From: the human T2T-CHM13v2.0 reference genome, Homo sapiens
Reading direction: 5' to 3' (one strand)
DNA: 64,000 nt
NCBI RefSeq assembly: GCF_009914755.1
Contig: NC_060940.1
The translations under genes and the position numbers were made by a program. How positions within the stretch are numbered: the stretch's first letter is position 1; every line of letters starts with the position of its first letter. The notes below the pieces were generated by a model that saw only the letters and a list, made by a program, of their open reading frames with translations, searched no databases and was not told the origin of the DNA. Below, in pieces: positions 15,191 to 29,589 of this stretch.

Positions 15191-17396
15191 GGTCCGGCGA
15201 ATTAGGACACAGCCGACAGAGTCAGCAACACAGAAACCACTGGCGACCTGTCCTACTAGTGGTGAAAAGTGTCACTTCTGGATCCAGCAACTGGGAGGGG
15301 ACATGGTGAGTCAACTCCCAGAGTGGGCATGATTCAGAGTGAGGGGTTGCTGGGCAATGCGGCCTTGGGCCTTGGGTGCCAGCCCCCATGGAGGACCAGG
15401 TGACTTCCATGAGTACAGGCTGCCAGCTTCAGGGCCACCGCCATGCTACACCCCGCAGCTGCTCCCACGCCACCTGCAGAAGGCAGTACCTTTCCATCCT
15501 CTCTGTTCCACTTCTACCACTGCAGAGGGAAGGAAGGAAAACACCATCTCCTCTCACTTCCTGACCTTCCTCCTCTGCCTCCAAGAGCCTTTTTTTGGTT
15601 TGTTTGTCCTATGCACGACTTTTTCAGTTTTCCAACAATCACTGGTGTCCTATACTTCTTAACCCTCCACTTGTAAAACAACACCTTTCAGACACTCCTC
15701 AGCTACTTTTCTTGCAAAGAAACTTGCTGTCAGTAAAGACAAGAGAGTAAATGGAGAGAAACGGATAACCACCTGCTGATGTCTACTTGTGCTGCATTCT
15801 TGAGAAACTCACAAAACTGAAGGCAATCCAGGTCCTCAAGAGGTTTACGAACCAGTTGGTGAAACCACCTAGCACATGACGCAGAGACCAGCGTGGTGCC
15901 AAACAGTGTGACACCCGTGTGGGGCAGAGATGCCGTGTGTGGGTACAGCAGCTGGAGAGACAGTTCTGGAAAACCAGGGATGTGTCACTAGAGCATAAAA
16001 GATGGACAGGAAATATGCTCTTCCTTAAAGTCTGATTAAAAAATAAAAGATACTTTCCAACAGGGCCCCGTGCCCATCTCAGCAACGCAGGGCGTGTGTA
16101 ACCAAATCACACAGAAATGAGCACTTAAAATGACATCTGTTGGATTAATTAGCTGTGTAATTAGTCTCCCCTCAGCGGAGCTGGGCTTTGTGGCTGTTGT
16201 CTGAAATCTCCCCAGGTGACTTGATTCCAAATGCCACACTCCAAGAGGAAGAAAGCACAGGCCAGGAAAAGAAGACAGGCGTCCGAATGTGTTTGCGGGA
16301 GGCAGCGGGAAGGGAGAGGGAGTTTCTGGAGAATTTGGTGGGTCCCTCGGGAAGCTAGCTAGAACATCAGGGAGGAATAGCCATCCACAGAGGTGTCACT
16401 CGAGAACTCACCACCTCAGAGCAAATCGGCACGCCCCCAAGGCATGAGTTTTGGATAACCCCAAAGCACTAAACACTCAGAGACATGAATTAGGGCGGCA
16501 AGACCCTGGAGGTGAAGAGAGCCGAGTATGGATTCCGAGTTGGACACAAAGAGACGGGACAGAGGTCAGAGCTCTTGTCCCTGGAGGAGTTGTTTGGTCT
16601 TCCTCCGCTGACAGCTGCAGCCATCACTAATGTGAACCCAGTCTGGGCAAAAAAAAATTAATAATGAAAATGGTCAGAGCCTAATCTGAGAACCAGAAAG
16701 TGAACAACCACGCACAAACAGAAGTCTCCAGCCAAATCACTCCCCACAGTGCTTCCTCAAGCACAGCTGGCTTCGGAGTCACACTTGCTGACTCATGTCT
16801 AGGACACATAGCCCTGGGACCCGCGCCACTTGGCCTGGCTCACTAGAGGAGCCGAGGAATATTCCCCATGCTTCTCTATCTATAATTATTTTAGAAAACA
16901 AGAGACATGGCGGTAGAGGGGAAGTATAGAAGACAAAGGCACAGGAGCTATGGGAGGACCACAGTGAAAACCATCTTGGAGCAGGGGACTCCTCAGCTGG
17001 GGACGAGCCAGTGGGGTTACCTTTGATCTCCCCCACCCCCATCTCGAGGCACAGAGTACCCTCCACAGAGCAAAAACATCCGATGCTGCTCAGAGAACCT
17101 TCCTGGGCCTGCGACAATGAGCAGTTCGTAAAGAATCTGGAACATGAAACATTCAAATCAAACAAGCCCTGTTCGAAACCAGCAAGACATGTTCTAAAGC
17201 TAGATGGAGCCACTCTGCTAAGACACTCCCTGCCATAAACACAATCGGAGCTCCTCCCAGATCTTCAGTAGCGCCAACAGGCATCTGCAGGACCACTGCA
17301 GTGACACAGACTCGCTCCCAAGGGCAAAAGGGGTCTGGGAGCAAACACCAAACCCCGACATTATCATTCTCATTGTCCCGAAGGCCCATAGATACA

Positions 17397-17618
17397 GGCT
17401 GGGTGCAGTGGCTCAGGCCTGTAATCCCAGCACTTTGGGAGGCCCAAGTGGGCGGATCACTTGAGGTCAGGAGTTCGAGACCAGCCTGGCCAACACGGTG
17501 AAACCCTGTCTCTACTAAAAACACAAAAATTAGCCGGGTATGGTGGCAGGCGCCTGTAATCCCAGCTACTTGGGAGGCTGAGGCAGGAGAATCACTTGAA
17601 CCCGGGAGGCAGAGGTTG
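17397..17618 (+). mobile_element. AluS, 3'-truncated
   Basis: Stops at AGAGGTTG in the right monomer and is fused to an inverted Alu. Confidence 0.9.
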
Positions 17619-17995
17619 TGTGCAGTGCTGTGATCATGGCTCACTGCAGCCTTGACCTCCTCGGCTCAAGCAATCCTCCCACCGCAGCCCTCTCATGTAG
17701 CTGGGACTATAAGCACCACCACACCCTGATAATTTTTTTATTTTTTGTAGAGATGAGGTCTGGCTATGTTGCCCAGGCTGGTCTTGAACTCTCAGGCTCA
17801 GCTGATCCTCCCACCTCAGTCCCCACTGCAGCTAGGACCAGAGGTGTGTGCCGCCACACCTGGCTAATTTTTTAAATTTTTTTATAGAGACAGGGTCTGT
17901 TTATGTTGCCCAGGGTGGTCTTGAACTCCCGGGCTCAAGTGGTTCTCCTGCCTCAGCCTCCCTGTGTTGAGTTTACAGGTGTGAGCCATGGCCCC
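17619..17995 (-). mobile_element. AluJ-like, tail-less, with an extra monomer
   Basis: Three successive antisense monomer blocks separated by T-rich linkers at about 17732-17747 and 17867-17883. Confidence 0.8.
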
Positions 17996-19249
17996 AAACA
18001 AGTTTTTTAGTAACACATTACACATTCGTGAGCCTGAGTCTGTACAAAATCCTACTTCAATGGCCAGCACAAAATCAGTACTCCACAAATGTTGTTGACC
18101 CAGGGAACGAAGACCCCTTCCCAGTGATTTCAGTCTCCCAGAAGCTGCACAGGGAAATCTGGGAAATCCTGTGCCTCTTGGGTCCTGAGGGCTGGGGTCT
18201 GAACCCATGGGAGGAGAAGAAGTCAGGGTAGCCAATGCAAGGATGCCTTCCACCCAGAACCCAGACTTCTGTCTCATTCTGAGGGGCAGCAGGAAGACAC
18301 GGATGCCCCGGTGTGACACGTGCCACCAAGAAAACTCCACAGAGGTCAGCTCAGAAGGGGTTAGAAAGGTCCAGTCATCCTCCAGGAAGAGCATACTGCC
18401 AGCGACAGAAGACAGGAAGAGAGACTCAAAAGGAACAGCAGGTGGGTGTAAACCCCTTCAGCAACCCCAGTGCACAGGCCGGCCCTGCCAAGGCAATGTG
18501 GGTATCACTGTTGACCTAAGAGACTGGCTATGCTTTGGAGGCTCTCATCCTGAGTCCGGGAACATGCTCCACTCATTAACAGGTTACAAACCAAACACTA
18601 TCAGTAGATAAACATTTCTAACCTTCTAACTAGTTTGCCTTTTACAGAACCAGGAGGGGGACCCTAGAGAACATCTCCTAATCATTCTTGATGATTAGTC
18701 CCAATTTAAACCTACTCTCTGCATTCCCTATTAGCGACCTATACACCATAGGCACACAGGGTCTCCCACGCACTGTGAGCAATGCTCACGTGCTGTGAAT
18801 TTTCATGGTCTACATATAAGTAACCAGTGCAGGAGGAGACCAAGAAGGCCTGGAGTGAACCAGGGGCAGCTTCAACATCTGGCCAAGTTGCTGGTGACCG
18901 AACCAGGCCTCCTGATGTCCACTGTGTGACGCAAAGGCATTTCAATAAAAGGGACTCATGAAAAAAATGACTGAAAAGTAAGTTTGAACAAACAGCTCTA
19001 GAGAAAATTTCAGATTTCTTTATAGGAAAGCATTTTACTTAACACACAAAATGTGAATATTGGATAGGACACTTTTCTATAAATAACAAAAACTGGATAT
19101 CATCATTAGAGGCATTTGTAAATTTCTTTTGTTGGGAACCACTGGAAGAAAACGGGTTTCACAAACAAGGAAGCCACATAGCTCTCTTTACACTTCTATA
19201 GAGCCTGCTGGCAGGTCATTATGAACAAATTTCTAGGCTATCCAGAGGT

Positions 19250-19367
19250 AGAGCTGCTAAACAAAACACGGGATGCCCAGTTAAATGTGAATTTCAGGTA
19301 AGTGTAAGTATAATTTATGAGATACACTTACACAAAACATCATTGTTGCTTATCTGAAATTTACGTT
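19250..19367. mobile_element. MER53-like hAT MITE remnant
   Basis: GGATGCCCAGTTAAATGTGAATTTCAG ... TATCTGAAATTT palindromic arms resemble the recalled MER53 consensus. Confidence 0.6.
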
Positions 19368-19368
19368 T

Positions 19369-19445
19369 GGAGGCCAAGGTAGGAGGACCACTTGAGCCCA
19401 GGAGTTTGAGACCAGCCTGGGCAACATAGTGAGACCCTGTTTCTA
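19369..19445 (+). mobile_element. Alu left-monomer fragment (FLAM/AluJ)
   Basis: GGAGGCCAAGG..GAGCCCAGGAGTTTGAGACCAGCCTGGGCAACATAG. Confidence 0.85.
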
Positions 19446-21042
19446 TTTTTTTTTAATGTCATATAAATTTCTTTTTATACAAAGAAAAAGAATGAAATTC
19501 ACATCACTGAGAATTCCACAGTTTTCTTTGCTGTATTTGCCAACACCATCCCAAGTCACCACCCTAATGTTGCTAGTTTCTACAGTCGCCAGTATTTCTA
19601 TGAGTGACAGATTTTCTGCCATTAGAAAATTTTAACTTTCATTCTACATCCCGGCTGCTGTAAGTGCTAAAAATCAATTTCTGTTAAGTATTAAATATAT
19701 ACTTACTCAATACTACCGAAATGGTTTTCATAGTAACAGCCTTTCCCACCCTACACTTACTAGTATTTACAGTTTCAACTGATGTGTAAAACAGAATAAA
19801 GTACATGGTTCAGGTGGATCATATAATTATTTAAAAACTCTTGCCTTTTCCTGACTATGTTCCTGACAATGCCTAATTGTTCCCTTATGATTTCCCTTTC
19901 AAAACAAAAAAACCAGAAACACCTGTTGGGACTAGACGTATTCAAATCTGCCCTTTGAGTCCAAGTCCTCAGCAAGTTGAAAGAATTCAACATTGAGTTC
20001 ACACCTTTGCCCCATTATGTGGCACCTGCCATATTGGCTTTCCTGCCAGAGTGTGTTTACCTAAAACAACCGTAACACAACGCATTATCCTGGAATGCAG
20101 AAGCAACGGAATATTTGCACAAAATTCTCCTAAGGGTTACAGACCACCCCTAAGACGGCAGATGTCATTTATGCGAAGAATTCCACGGTGTGACTTATTC
20201 CTCTGGATGGGTGGGGGGTAGGTGAAGGTACTGGAAGTTTGAGGTTTCTCTCTCATAAGAAGGTCCAGGGCTTTCTAAATAGAGAATCGGGGGGATTCGT
20301 AAATATTTTGACAAAGTGGTAGCTATTAGACTTTCTGAAATTAGACCTCCTTGCTGCTCAGCCTAAGTCAGGGGCCATGGTATACCTTTGGAATCCAAAA
20401 GGAGACTTGTAACCAGTACCTGAAAACAGTTTATACTGGAAATATGTCGACAGAGTCATGAAATTTATATGCTATTTACGTAAGAACTTCAGGAAAGGGA
20501 ATTTCCATGGCTTTCAGAATTTGTTCCTGACCCCTTTTTTAAGATAAATGGTGAGATCCACAGTCTCCATTAAGGTGCCCTAAAAACCCAGCTCCTCTTT
20601 GCAGACTCTGTTTCTTCTGGAAACTCTCTCATCCTGGAGAGTTCAATGAAGGCAAACTAATCTAAGAAATTTTCTTTTGGGGAACATGCCAGAGAGAAAT
20701 AGGAAAAGGTGAGAGGAAGGCGTTTGGTCCACAGACTCCAAATGCCAGGAAAGAGAGCCAGGCCTTTCCATCCCTTCTTCTTGTTCCCCAGTGTCTCCGA
20801 AGACAGTATTCCGTAAATATGTTCTGATTTACCTAAATCTGTGGATCATTCACAAGAGGTTCTGCAAGACGTAAGAGAATGGAGAATGAGAAACAGCTTT
20901 TCACACCAGCTAGGAAAGGCTGGTTATTTAAGCAATCGTTGTACAGCTAGCCATTGAATTTGAAGGAAAATAAAGAGTCCTAAATCACACTGCATAGTCT
21001 TACAACTATACAAAAAATATATTCCTGAAAAGTCACAAATAG

Positions 21043-21350
21043 GGCCAGGCGTGGGGGCTCACACCTGTAATCTCGGCACTCTAGGAGGCCAAGGTGGGTG
21101 GATCACCCAAGTTCAGGAGTTTGAGACCAGCCTGGCCACCATGGCAAAACCCCATCTCTACTAAAAGTACAAAAATTAGCGGGTGTGGTAGTGGGCACCT
21201 GTAATTCCAGCTACTCAGGAGGGTGAGGCATGAGAATCACTTGAACCCAGAGGCGGAGGTTGCAATGAGCTGAGATCACGCCACTGCACTCCAGCCTGGG
21301 TGACAGAGTGAGACCCAGTCTCAAAAAAACAGAAAACAAAAACAAAAAAC
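21043..21350 (+). mobile_element. AluS
   Basis: Full dimer with an (AAAAC)n tail. Confidence 0.92.
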
Positions 21351-21711
21351 TGCATGACAAAAAATGTTCCCCCATCTACATTAGAACAATGAAAAGGGAC
21401 TTACTTTAGAACAATGTTGTCAATCTGACAATGAAAATGGAAAAACAACAACACGGTGTTGGTCACTGTGTGGGAGTCTGGCCGTCACTTACTGGGGAAG
21501 GATGACATGGCCACCTGCTTTCTGAAAGGCCACTGGGAAGTGCTGCATCTACTGGCATTAGGTCCTGGGACCCAACAACCCCACTTCATGGTGTGTGTAG
21601 AGAATCATGTTCCTAGCTCATTATCTGCAGTATCCAAACCCTGCACATAACCTCAAGGTACATCAAAAAGGAGCTGGTTAATAAAGGAAATACTATGTCG
21701 ACATTAAAAAG

Positions 21712-21799
21712 AGTATCTACATGTACTGACCTAAAATGATTTTCATAAAAAGTATCTATATGTACTGACCTAAAAGTATCTATATCTACTGACCTAAAA
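21712..21799 (+). repeat. Three copies of AGTATCTA(C/T)AT(G/C)TACTGACCTAAAA
   Basis: Copies start at about 21712, 21751 and 21775. Confidence 0.85.
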
Positions 21800-21824
21800 G
21801 ATTTTCCTGAATAAAACAAACTGA

Positions 21825-22182
<358 letters not shown>

Positions 22183-25100
22183 CTACAGAAGCACAGAAAA
22201 GAGCACAAAATATCAACTACATGTAACAGTGGGTTTGCCTCTGGACAGTAAAGTCAGAAAGTAGACAAAAGACATCCACTTTAAAAATCATTGGAAAATA
22301 CTTAAAGATGTAAAAAAGGTCTCAGGTATTACACAACGTCATTCCAATTTTGTAAAATTCCTATGTTACATGCAAAAATAAAAAATAAAAATCCATCACA
22401 TGGTAGGATTAACCAGATATATTTACTTTCTTTTTTATTCCTGGATTTTTCCAAATTTTTTTACAGTGAACATGCATTACTCATATTACTTTAACTGTAA
22501 AAAATAGGGAATCCACATTTTATTACTAGCTTACACTTGAGGTAAACATGGAATGCTAACCTTTTAAGAAATAATTAAGAATACAATACTATTCTAAAAG
22601 GGTCTGGTCAGTTCTTTACTATCCACAAAAAGGACTCAGAAAAGAGAGAGAGAAAAAAAACACTAAAAGCATTTAGAAAAAAGAGAATAAAAGTGCTATG
22701 GTTAATGGTTGCAAAACTGGTTTTTCAACAGGTGGTTTTTAAGTACTAAACTTTTTTTTTTCAATAGGCACAACTAATAAGATTTCAGTTCCATTATGTG
22801 GTGTCTAAAGAGTGGAGTGAAAAGATATCACTGACCTGATCTTCTTGACATGAGGGTGTGTAAAATGCTCTAACCAGAGTGACCCACACAAAGCTTGTGC
22901 CTAAAGCCATCGGCTGAGAGTGTGAAATACAACCTATTGGACGAATGTGGATGAAGATAGGTGGGAAGCTTCTGGAAGGAGGAAAGAACAAGGGACCTCC
23001 CAGCAAGGTACCCAGCTTTCATGCCGCACACCACTGGTGAATCATGAGCCATACGTTCCCACAGCAGTGATGGATGAACTTGGTCCTAGCACAAGCCCTG
23101 CCCCCCAAACTATTTGGTCTTTCCATCTCCTGGAGTCCTCTTGAAGTTAACTGGTGGCCACAAGAGCTGTCAGAGTCAGCCCAGGCTCTCAGTAAGAACC
23201 CATCAGGCCCACGTGCAGCCTCCCAGCCCAGCTGCAGAGACCCACGTCCCACCAGCACCAACCATCAAGCCACGGAAATGAACCGCAGGCCTCCAGCTGC
23301 TCCAGGAGAAGGAGGGCATGCAGGCGAAATCTGCTAAAATTCACCAAAACATCTGGCCTTGCACACCTTCTAAATCACCTGCAGGAAAACATTCCTTTCC
23401 TTTCATTTTTTGGTTGAAGGCATCAAGGTAGGGAGAGAAGGTGGCAGAAGTATGTACTTAAAACAAACAAAAAAAATAGTCTAATAATGAGAAAACAAGG
23501 TTTGAGGCAACTGGCTCCAGAATCCCGACGCAAACCATATGACACTTTCACCGGAGCTTCAAACACACAGCCAAGCTGGGAAGGCAGGACGGGAGGGAGG
23601 AAGGGGACGGTCCCCAAAGGATGTATGCTTTTTGCTCTCAGTGCAAGACAAAGGCCTCCAGGCACCACCTACGGACGTAAAATGTGTAGCTATCTTCCTA
23701 AGACCCCCACTTCCCCCCAGCACACCCACAGAGGAGCACCAAGAATGCAGATTTCAAACCAGATCATTGTCTGACTTCACCTACATTTTCTGATTTGCCC
23801 GTCTACCATACGATGATTTTATAGCCCTGCTGGGAGTGTGAATCCCAATGAGTTTCTTATGCATCAGGGAAAGAACTGAAAAGATGGGTTCTAAAGCAAT
23901 GCAAAGTCTGATGGAAGTTTTCTTACATTCTTCCGTACTGCACAATCCTCCTAGAATGGCAGGAGCAGACATCCTCTATGTGGAGAATCTGGCCATGTGC
24001 ATGAATCAATACCACACTCTGCCTCCTACCTCAGGCCAAGCAGAGTTGGCTTGGACACTGGCTTCTCCTCTCCTGTGTGCCCTGTTGGCCCACAGCAGCT
24101 CACATGTGGCCCAGACTCAACACCGTGGTAGACAACCCTCCTTGTACAGTATTTAAGATTAACAGGTAACCTTCAGTCTTGGTCCAATCAAAGGAACCCC
24201 AGCTAGAAACCGTTTTGAGTAACAGATTCTGGTAGGGTCTTAATCTATCTGCTAAAGTTGACAGATTTCCACTCCAATGACTCTCAGGTGAAGAAAAACA
24301 TCAAAGTGAAAAACAGATTCTGGGAGATGGTGGGAGTGTGCACTGATTTCCAACTGCCCTTTCTGTGCCCCGCCCCCTCCGGGTAGAAAGCAGCACACAT
24401 TTCAGAGAGCTCACCATGGACGTCACTTGGCTGGGAATGCAAGATAAACGTGGAAGAGCTGGTGCCAGCTCTGAACCCACACGCCTCAGACGCAGGCTGT
24501 ACACTAGCCGTGGGAGAGGGCAGAGGGCAAGCATGTGTCAGTGACAGCCGCTCTCCTAGTTCTGAGGATCAAGGGCACCCACATCTCTACGGGTGGAGAA
24601 GATTGAGAGTGGGGCCAGGGTGTAGTCCTCTGAGAAAGGAGTGATACATTTACATGTGAAAGCAGAAGGATGAGGAATTAAGGACCCCGGAGCTCAGTCC
24701 CAGTTGAGAGACAAGTGCCTTCTGCATTTTTCCATGCTGGCTCAGATGTGACACTAAGGACAGAAAGAGCCCAGTTCCCAAGCTTCACTGGAGCCTCTGG
24801 GCTTCTTGCTATGTCAGCCAATCACGGGGATCCCAAGACGGTAAATGTTAGGACGTGGACATGTGAGCATTAGGGGCTAGGCCAGAGCCGGCCACTGTTT
24901 CAACCCAAAAGATCCCAAGGATTTCAATCAGGAGCACTTTGCAGAAGTAACCTGAGGCCCAGAGACAAGGTAAGGGGGCTTCCCCCGGATGCCTCGGGCC
25001 CTGCGGCATTCCCCTACTCCACTCTACTTCCAGGAGGTGCAAAAGAAAAACAGGTTGAACCTAATCCTGATTTAAACATTAGTATCACACAAAAATCAAA

Positions 25101-27664
25101 ACGACACCATTCCAGGCAACGAAGACAACATCATCAGGTTTTGTAGATTAGCACAACCCTCTCTCATTTCTGGATTAAAAATTATCTCACGCTTTCAGAA
25201 AGTTCACTCTTACAGCAATCTACGCACTAGCATGCGTGACAGCAAGGGCAGTGACTCCGGCCCAGGGTGAGGTCAGATGACACACCGAAAGCCATGCCAC
25301 TGCTTGAATCTCCTGAGAATGCAGCTCTGTCTCCTCCAACATGAAAAAGGAACAGGAGGAGAATAAAAGCCTCGGCTGAAAGAGAGGTCTGGGAGGGCCA
25401 CCGGGAAGCCACATACATCACTGCCACTTCACTAGGTGCCGCGGAGAGCAGCTTTGGAGAGCCGCCCTGGCTGATCATGAATAATTTGCCAGGGAACCGG
25501 GACAGGGTGGGGTGGGGAAGGGGTGAGGAAGGAGGGTTGTGTGTGAGAAGCCCGGTCAGCTCCCCGGGTCAGCTGCATCTGGAGCGGTTTCTCTAGCAGA
25601 CAGTAAAGAACTCGATTACATCCAGTTAACTGTGCTCTAAACTGATTATGCATGTGCCGGGCTAATGGATTACATTAGCAAGAGGAAAAATAACATGCAA
25701 TCAATCTCCATTTACTACAGGCCACACCAGGGCCTAGAGAAAAAGTGACTCTCAAACCACCTCCAATCCCCACCCCAAATCCGTGGAATGACGAAACCTT
25801 GAGAGGGAGCCTTCCTTAGTGGCAAGAGAAGTTTGATCTTAGTCGTAATGAGGGACCAAAGGGCTGAGGGCGAGCACTGGAATGACAATCCCAGCGGTGT
25901 CATCCAGGAGTGAGCGGGAGAGCTCCCCGCCCCCTGTGGCGAAGCCCGGGCAGGCACAGGGCCATTCATTACCCAAGGACTAATGAGACTAGACTAATGA
26001 CCTTTGGCTCCTGACGGAGGCAATTCTGCCCTGAACCTCAGGCTGGTCACTCCGGGGATGTGCCGGCCAGATGCACCATTTCAGGATCTCTCCTTCAGGT
26101 GCTGGGTCCACGTTCTACCCTGCATCCCAACGCTCAGGACCCTTCTACCCACGCCATCTTTTTGAGCAACAGTTTCCTCTACCTTAAAAAAAGAAATGAG
26201 AAAAAAGTCCCAGGATGACAGGCCAGCAGTGCAGAAACATGCAAATAAACCTCGTCTCTTCCAACCACACCTCACCCTGACTCTCTGGGTGTGATCCGTG
26301 GACACAGTTTGGGGACCAAAACAGGATGTTCTCAGCAAATCCGCCGAGTTCCAGGCCCGTAAGAAGCAAAGTCAAGTGCCTGACAGACTCTTATTCAAGA
26401 CTCCAGCCGCACGGAGGATGCAGCATGAGAGTTAATCGCCACCGTGTGCATTTTAGAGTCTAAAGGGCAATTTTTTCCTTGGATGCAAGAGGCCAGCTTC
26501 ATGCCACCTCTAAACGACCTTCATCAAAGTTGCATGCAACCTTCAATGGCCACGCCGAGTCCTTTGTACAAATTTTACTCAGTTGGGTCCTTTGGAAATT
26601 CTTTTTTCCACTGGTTTTTCCATCAGGTTTTCTTGACCACGTCGGCACCATCCTGTGGCCAGTTCAGACCTCCAATTTAAACTGACTGCAAAGGGCTTTT
26701 TTCTTTTAATGGTGGCAAAACTAAGCCAGTCCAGCAAGGTTCTTGCTCATTTGAGATAAGGGGATTGGATGCGTGGTGTCCAGACCTTCCTCACTGCACC
26801 ATAGCTGAGTCCACAGTCAGTTCCAGAACATTCTATCCCCTCTACCTCATTCCTGCTTTCTCCTCCTTTCCCTAAAGTGCTTTCTTAAGCACTACGTTAT
26901 GCAGGCCTCCCCACATCCTGAGAAGGAACAACTATAAAATGAAGTACAATTATCAACCCCGGCAGAGGCCGACATGGGCAAAGGACTAGAAGTCTTCCTT
27001 ATATGGAATCTCCGTTTAAAATCATTCTGAGTAGAGTAGGGACTCAACTAGCTCGGGGCCAGCAGAAACCAAACACTCGTGGGCCCAAAGACGCGAGAAA
27101 CAGTGTGAAAGGCAGGAGGAGAGGCTGATAATGGGAGTGAGGAAAATGAAAAGAGAGAGCGAGGGAGTGGAAGGTGTGTGGGATCAGGCCAGGGAGATTT
27201 ATGGCGATTTGTACCTGATTGTTCATACTAAAGCCATTATGGGATGATTAGAGAAAAAGGTGAGGCTTTAAGTCCAGTGAAAATCAATAGAGACGTCTGG
27301 AGCAATTCTGCCGTGCAAGTGAAAGGACTATTTACAGTATCCGGAGCACCTCCCCCTCGGTTGCCGTCTATGGAGTAGAGGGAAGGGCTGGGGGGAAAGC
27401 GGAGGGTGGAGGGAGAGAAAGAATAAATGGACAGGAAAGAGGGAAGAGGAGAAGAGACAGAGGAAGAGGGGGAGGATGGGAGAAGCCCAGGAAGAAGAAG
27501 AAAAAGTATAAGGAAGAGAAAGAGGACACAGAACCCAGGAAGCAACAGAGCGGGGAAGAAAAAAAAAACACACAAAGGAGGCCCCTCATGGACCCAATTT
27601 TCCCCACAGCATTTAGCACCTTCTAGCCTGCTACAAAATTTATCCATCGTTTCTCACCCATCTC

Positions 27665-27830
27665 CTGCTAAAAGAATGGAAGCTCTATGAGGGCAGGGAT
27701 TTTCTTTTCTTTTTTTTTTTTTTTTTTGGTCAGATTCATGCACTGATGTGAACAAATGCCCAGAACAGTACCTGTCATTGAGAAGGTACCCAGTGTACAT
27801 ATGTTGGTGGAATGATGGATGGATGAAAGA
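27665..27830 (+). mobile_element. L2 3' end
   Basis: GAAGCTCTATGAGGGCAGGGA..CCCAGAACAGTACCTG..(GGAT)n/GAATG tail. Confidence 0.7.
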
Positions 27831-28266
27831 AGGAAGGGAGGAACAAAACACCCCAGGAGCATCCGGGAAAGGAGAAATAGAAAAAAAAAAAAAGGAATAA
27901 AGAGATGGAAAAGGAGAACAGAAAGCCTAAAGGAGAGAGGGAAACCACAGGAGCAGAGGATGCAAAAGAGCCCATGTAAGAAAGAAAAGAACCAACCCTA
28001 GAGGCGCTGTCAACAAAACCTGACCCAAAATTGGGCACCCAGAAAGAGAACCTTCAGCTAGTCAAGCTACTCACTGAACCTGTCACGTTTCCACCTGGTG
28101 ACAAAGTGGACACCGCCGACTCTCCTCTCAACTCCAGGTTCCCAACCAACAGCCAAGCAGGCCATGCCAGAGACTGTCCGACTCCTCCCCAGTGCTCCCT
28201 AACTCCCCGGTGCGCAACCCCCTCCTTTCAGAAAGAGCGCCTGAGCCATAAGGAGCTGGGCCTTAC

Positions 28267-28763
28267 CTTGTACAACTTCAGGCTGGCCTCGTGCCTGGAG
28301 TTGACCGTGTGCAGCCGCAGCTTCTCCAGGCTGTTGGTGTAGTAGTCACAGGCGTTGCACTTGAGGTGCACGGGGTTGCCGATGGCCACACACTTGAGCC
28401 TCCACTCGTTGGCCTTGCCGCCCTCCTTGATGTGGGCCACCAGCTGGTACTTCTGCACGTGCTTGTCTGTCTTGCAGTGCAGCTGGAAGTTGGCCTTGAG
28501 CTGGGTGTTGTAGCGGCAGAGCTTGCACTGGTATGAGTCCCCCATCACCGCCTTCCACTCGTCCTCCGACAGGCTGCGCTCCACGTTCATGTGCAGGCCC
28601 AGCATGTCCAGGTTGTCCGTCGTGAACTTGTTGCAGACGGCGCACTGGAAGAGCTTCAGCGACGGGTCGTTGGTCTGGATGAAGCTCTCGCCCAGGTTCA
28701 TCAGCTCCTCTGACACCAGCTGCCCGCCCCCGAGCCGCATGTCTAGGGGGATCTCACCGCCCA
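28267..28763 (-). CDS. ZFHX3: ZFHX3 exon 3 (497 nt, residues 907-1072, three zinc fingers)
   Basis: Acceptor cctgcAG|TGGGC at 28764/28763 and donor AAG|GTAAGG at 28267/28266. The phase joins exon 2 in frame (..[14 protein letters not shown]..). Fingers CAVC, CKLC, CNAC. CTGAC branch-point motif at about -27. Confidence 0.97.
28738..28740 (-). other. ZFHX3: Met915, start codon of the short isoform ATBF1-B (lacks exon 2)
   Basis: First ATG in exon 3 (GACATGC), 23 nt after the acceptor. Matches the recalled isoform B lacking residues 1-914. Confidence 0.8.
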
Positions 28764-28974
28764 CTGCAGGGAAGGAGAGAAGGAGAGAGTCAGACACCAG
28801 GCTCATGGTCACGGCCACAGCTGAGGCACCCCCCAGCCCTCCGCCACCCTCAACTGGGGTCCAAAAGGAGAAGATGACATTTCAAGTGTTGCAAAGGGCT
28901 ACTGGCTGGAAAACAAGCAAACAAACAAACACAGTCAACCTGATGTGTTTCAATCTTTCCTGCGGACATTCTGA

Positions 28975-29359
<385 letters not shown>

Positions 29360-29589
29360 ACCTCTTTAATATTTCAATTCATCCCTTCTCTGAGATCCAA
29401 GAAAAGACAGAAATATGTATCATTCACTGGATATAACAGAATCTCAAACTGCAGACCTTCCAAAATTGGAAATGAGTCACAGCTGCAATCGTAACATACC
29501 AAGCCTTCATGGGGAACCAGAATTGGGCCCAGAATGTATCTGAGGTGGCAGTGACCAACATGACTTTCTGCCACCTTGAGAACAATCTA

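Noticed and set aside
21712-21799. Spaced direct repeats superficially like a CRISPR array
   Set aside because: Eukaryotic DNA with three copies and irregular or absent spacers. This is a local tandem duplication.
28764-28818. N-terminal [18 protein letters not shown] of the 196-aa ORF, and its tail at 28228-28266
   Set aside because: These are translations of the polypyrimidine tract and of intron past the donor.
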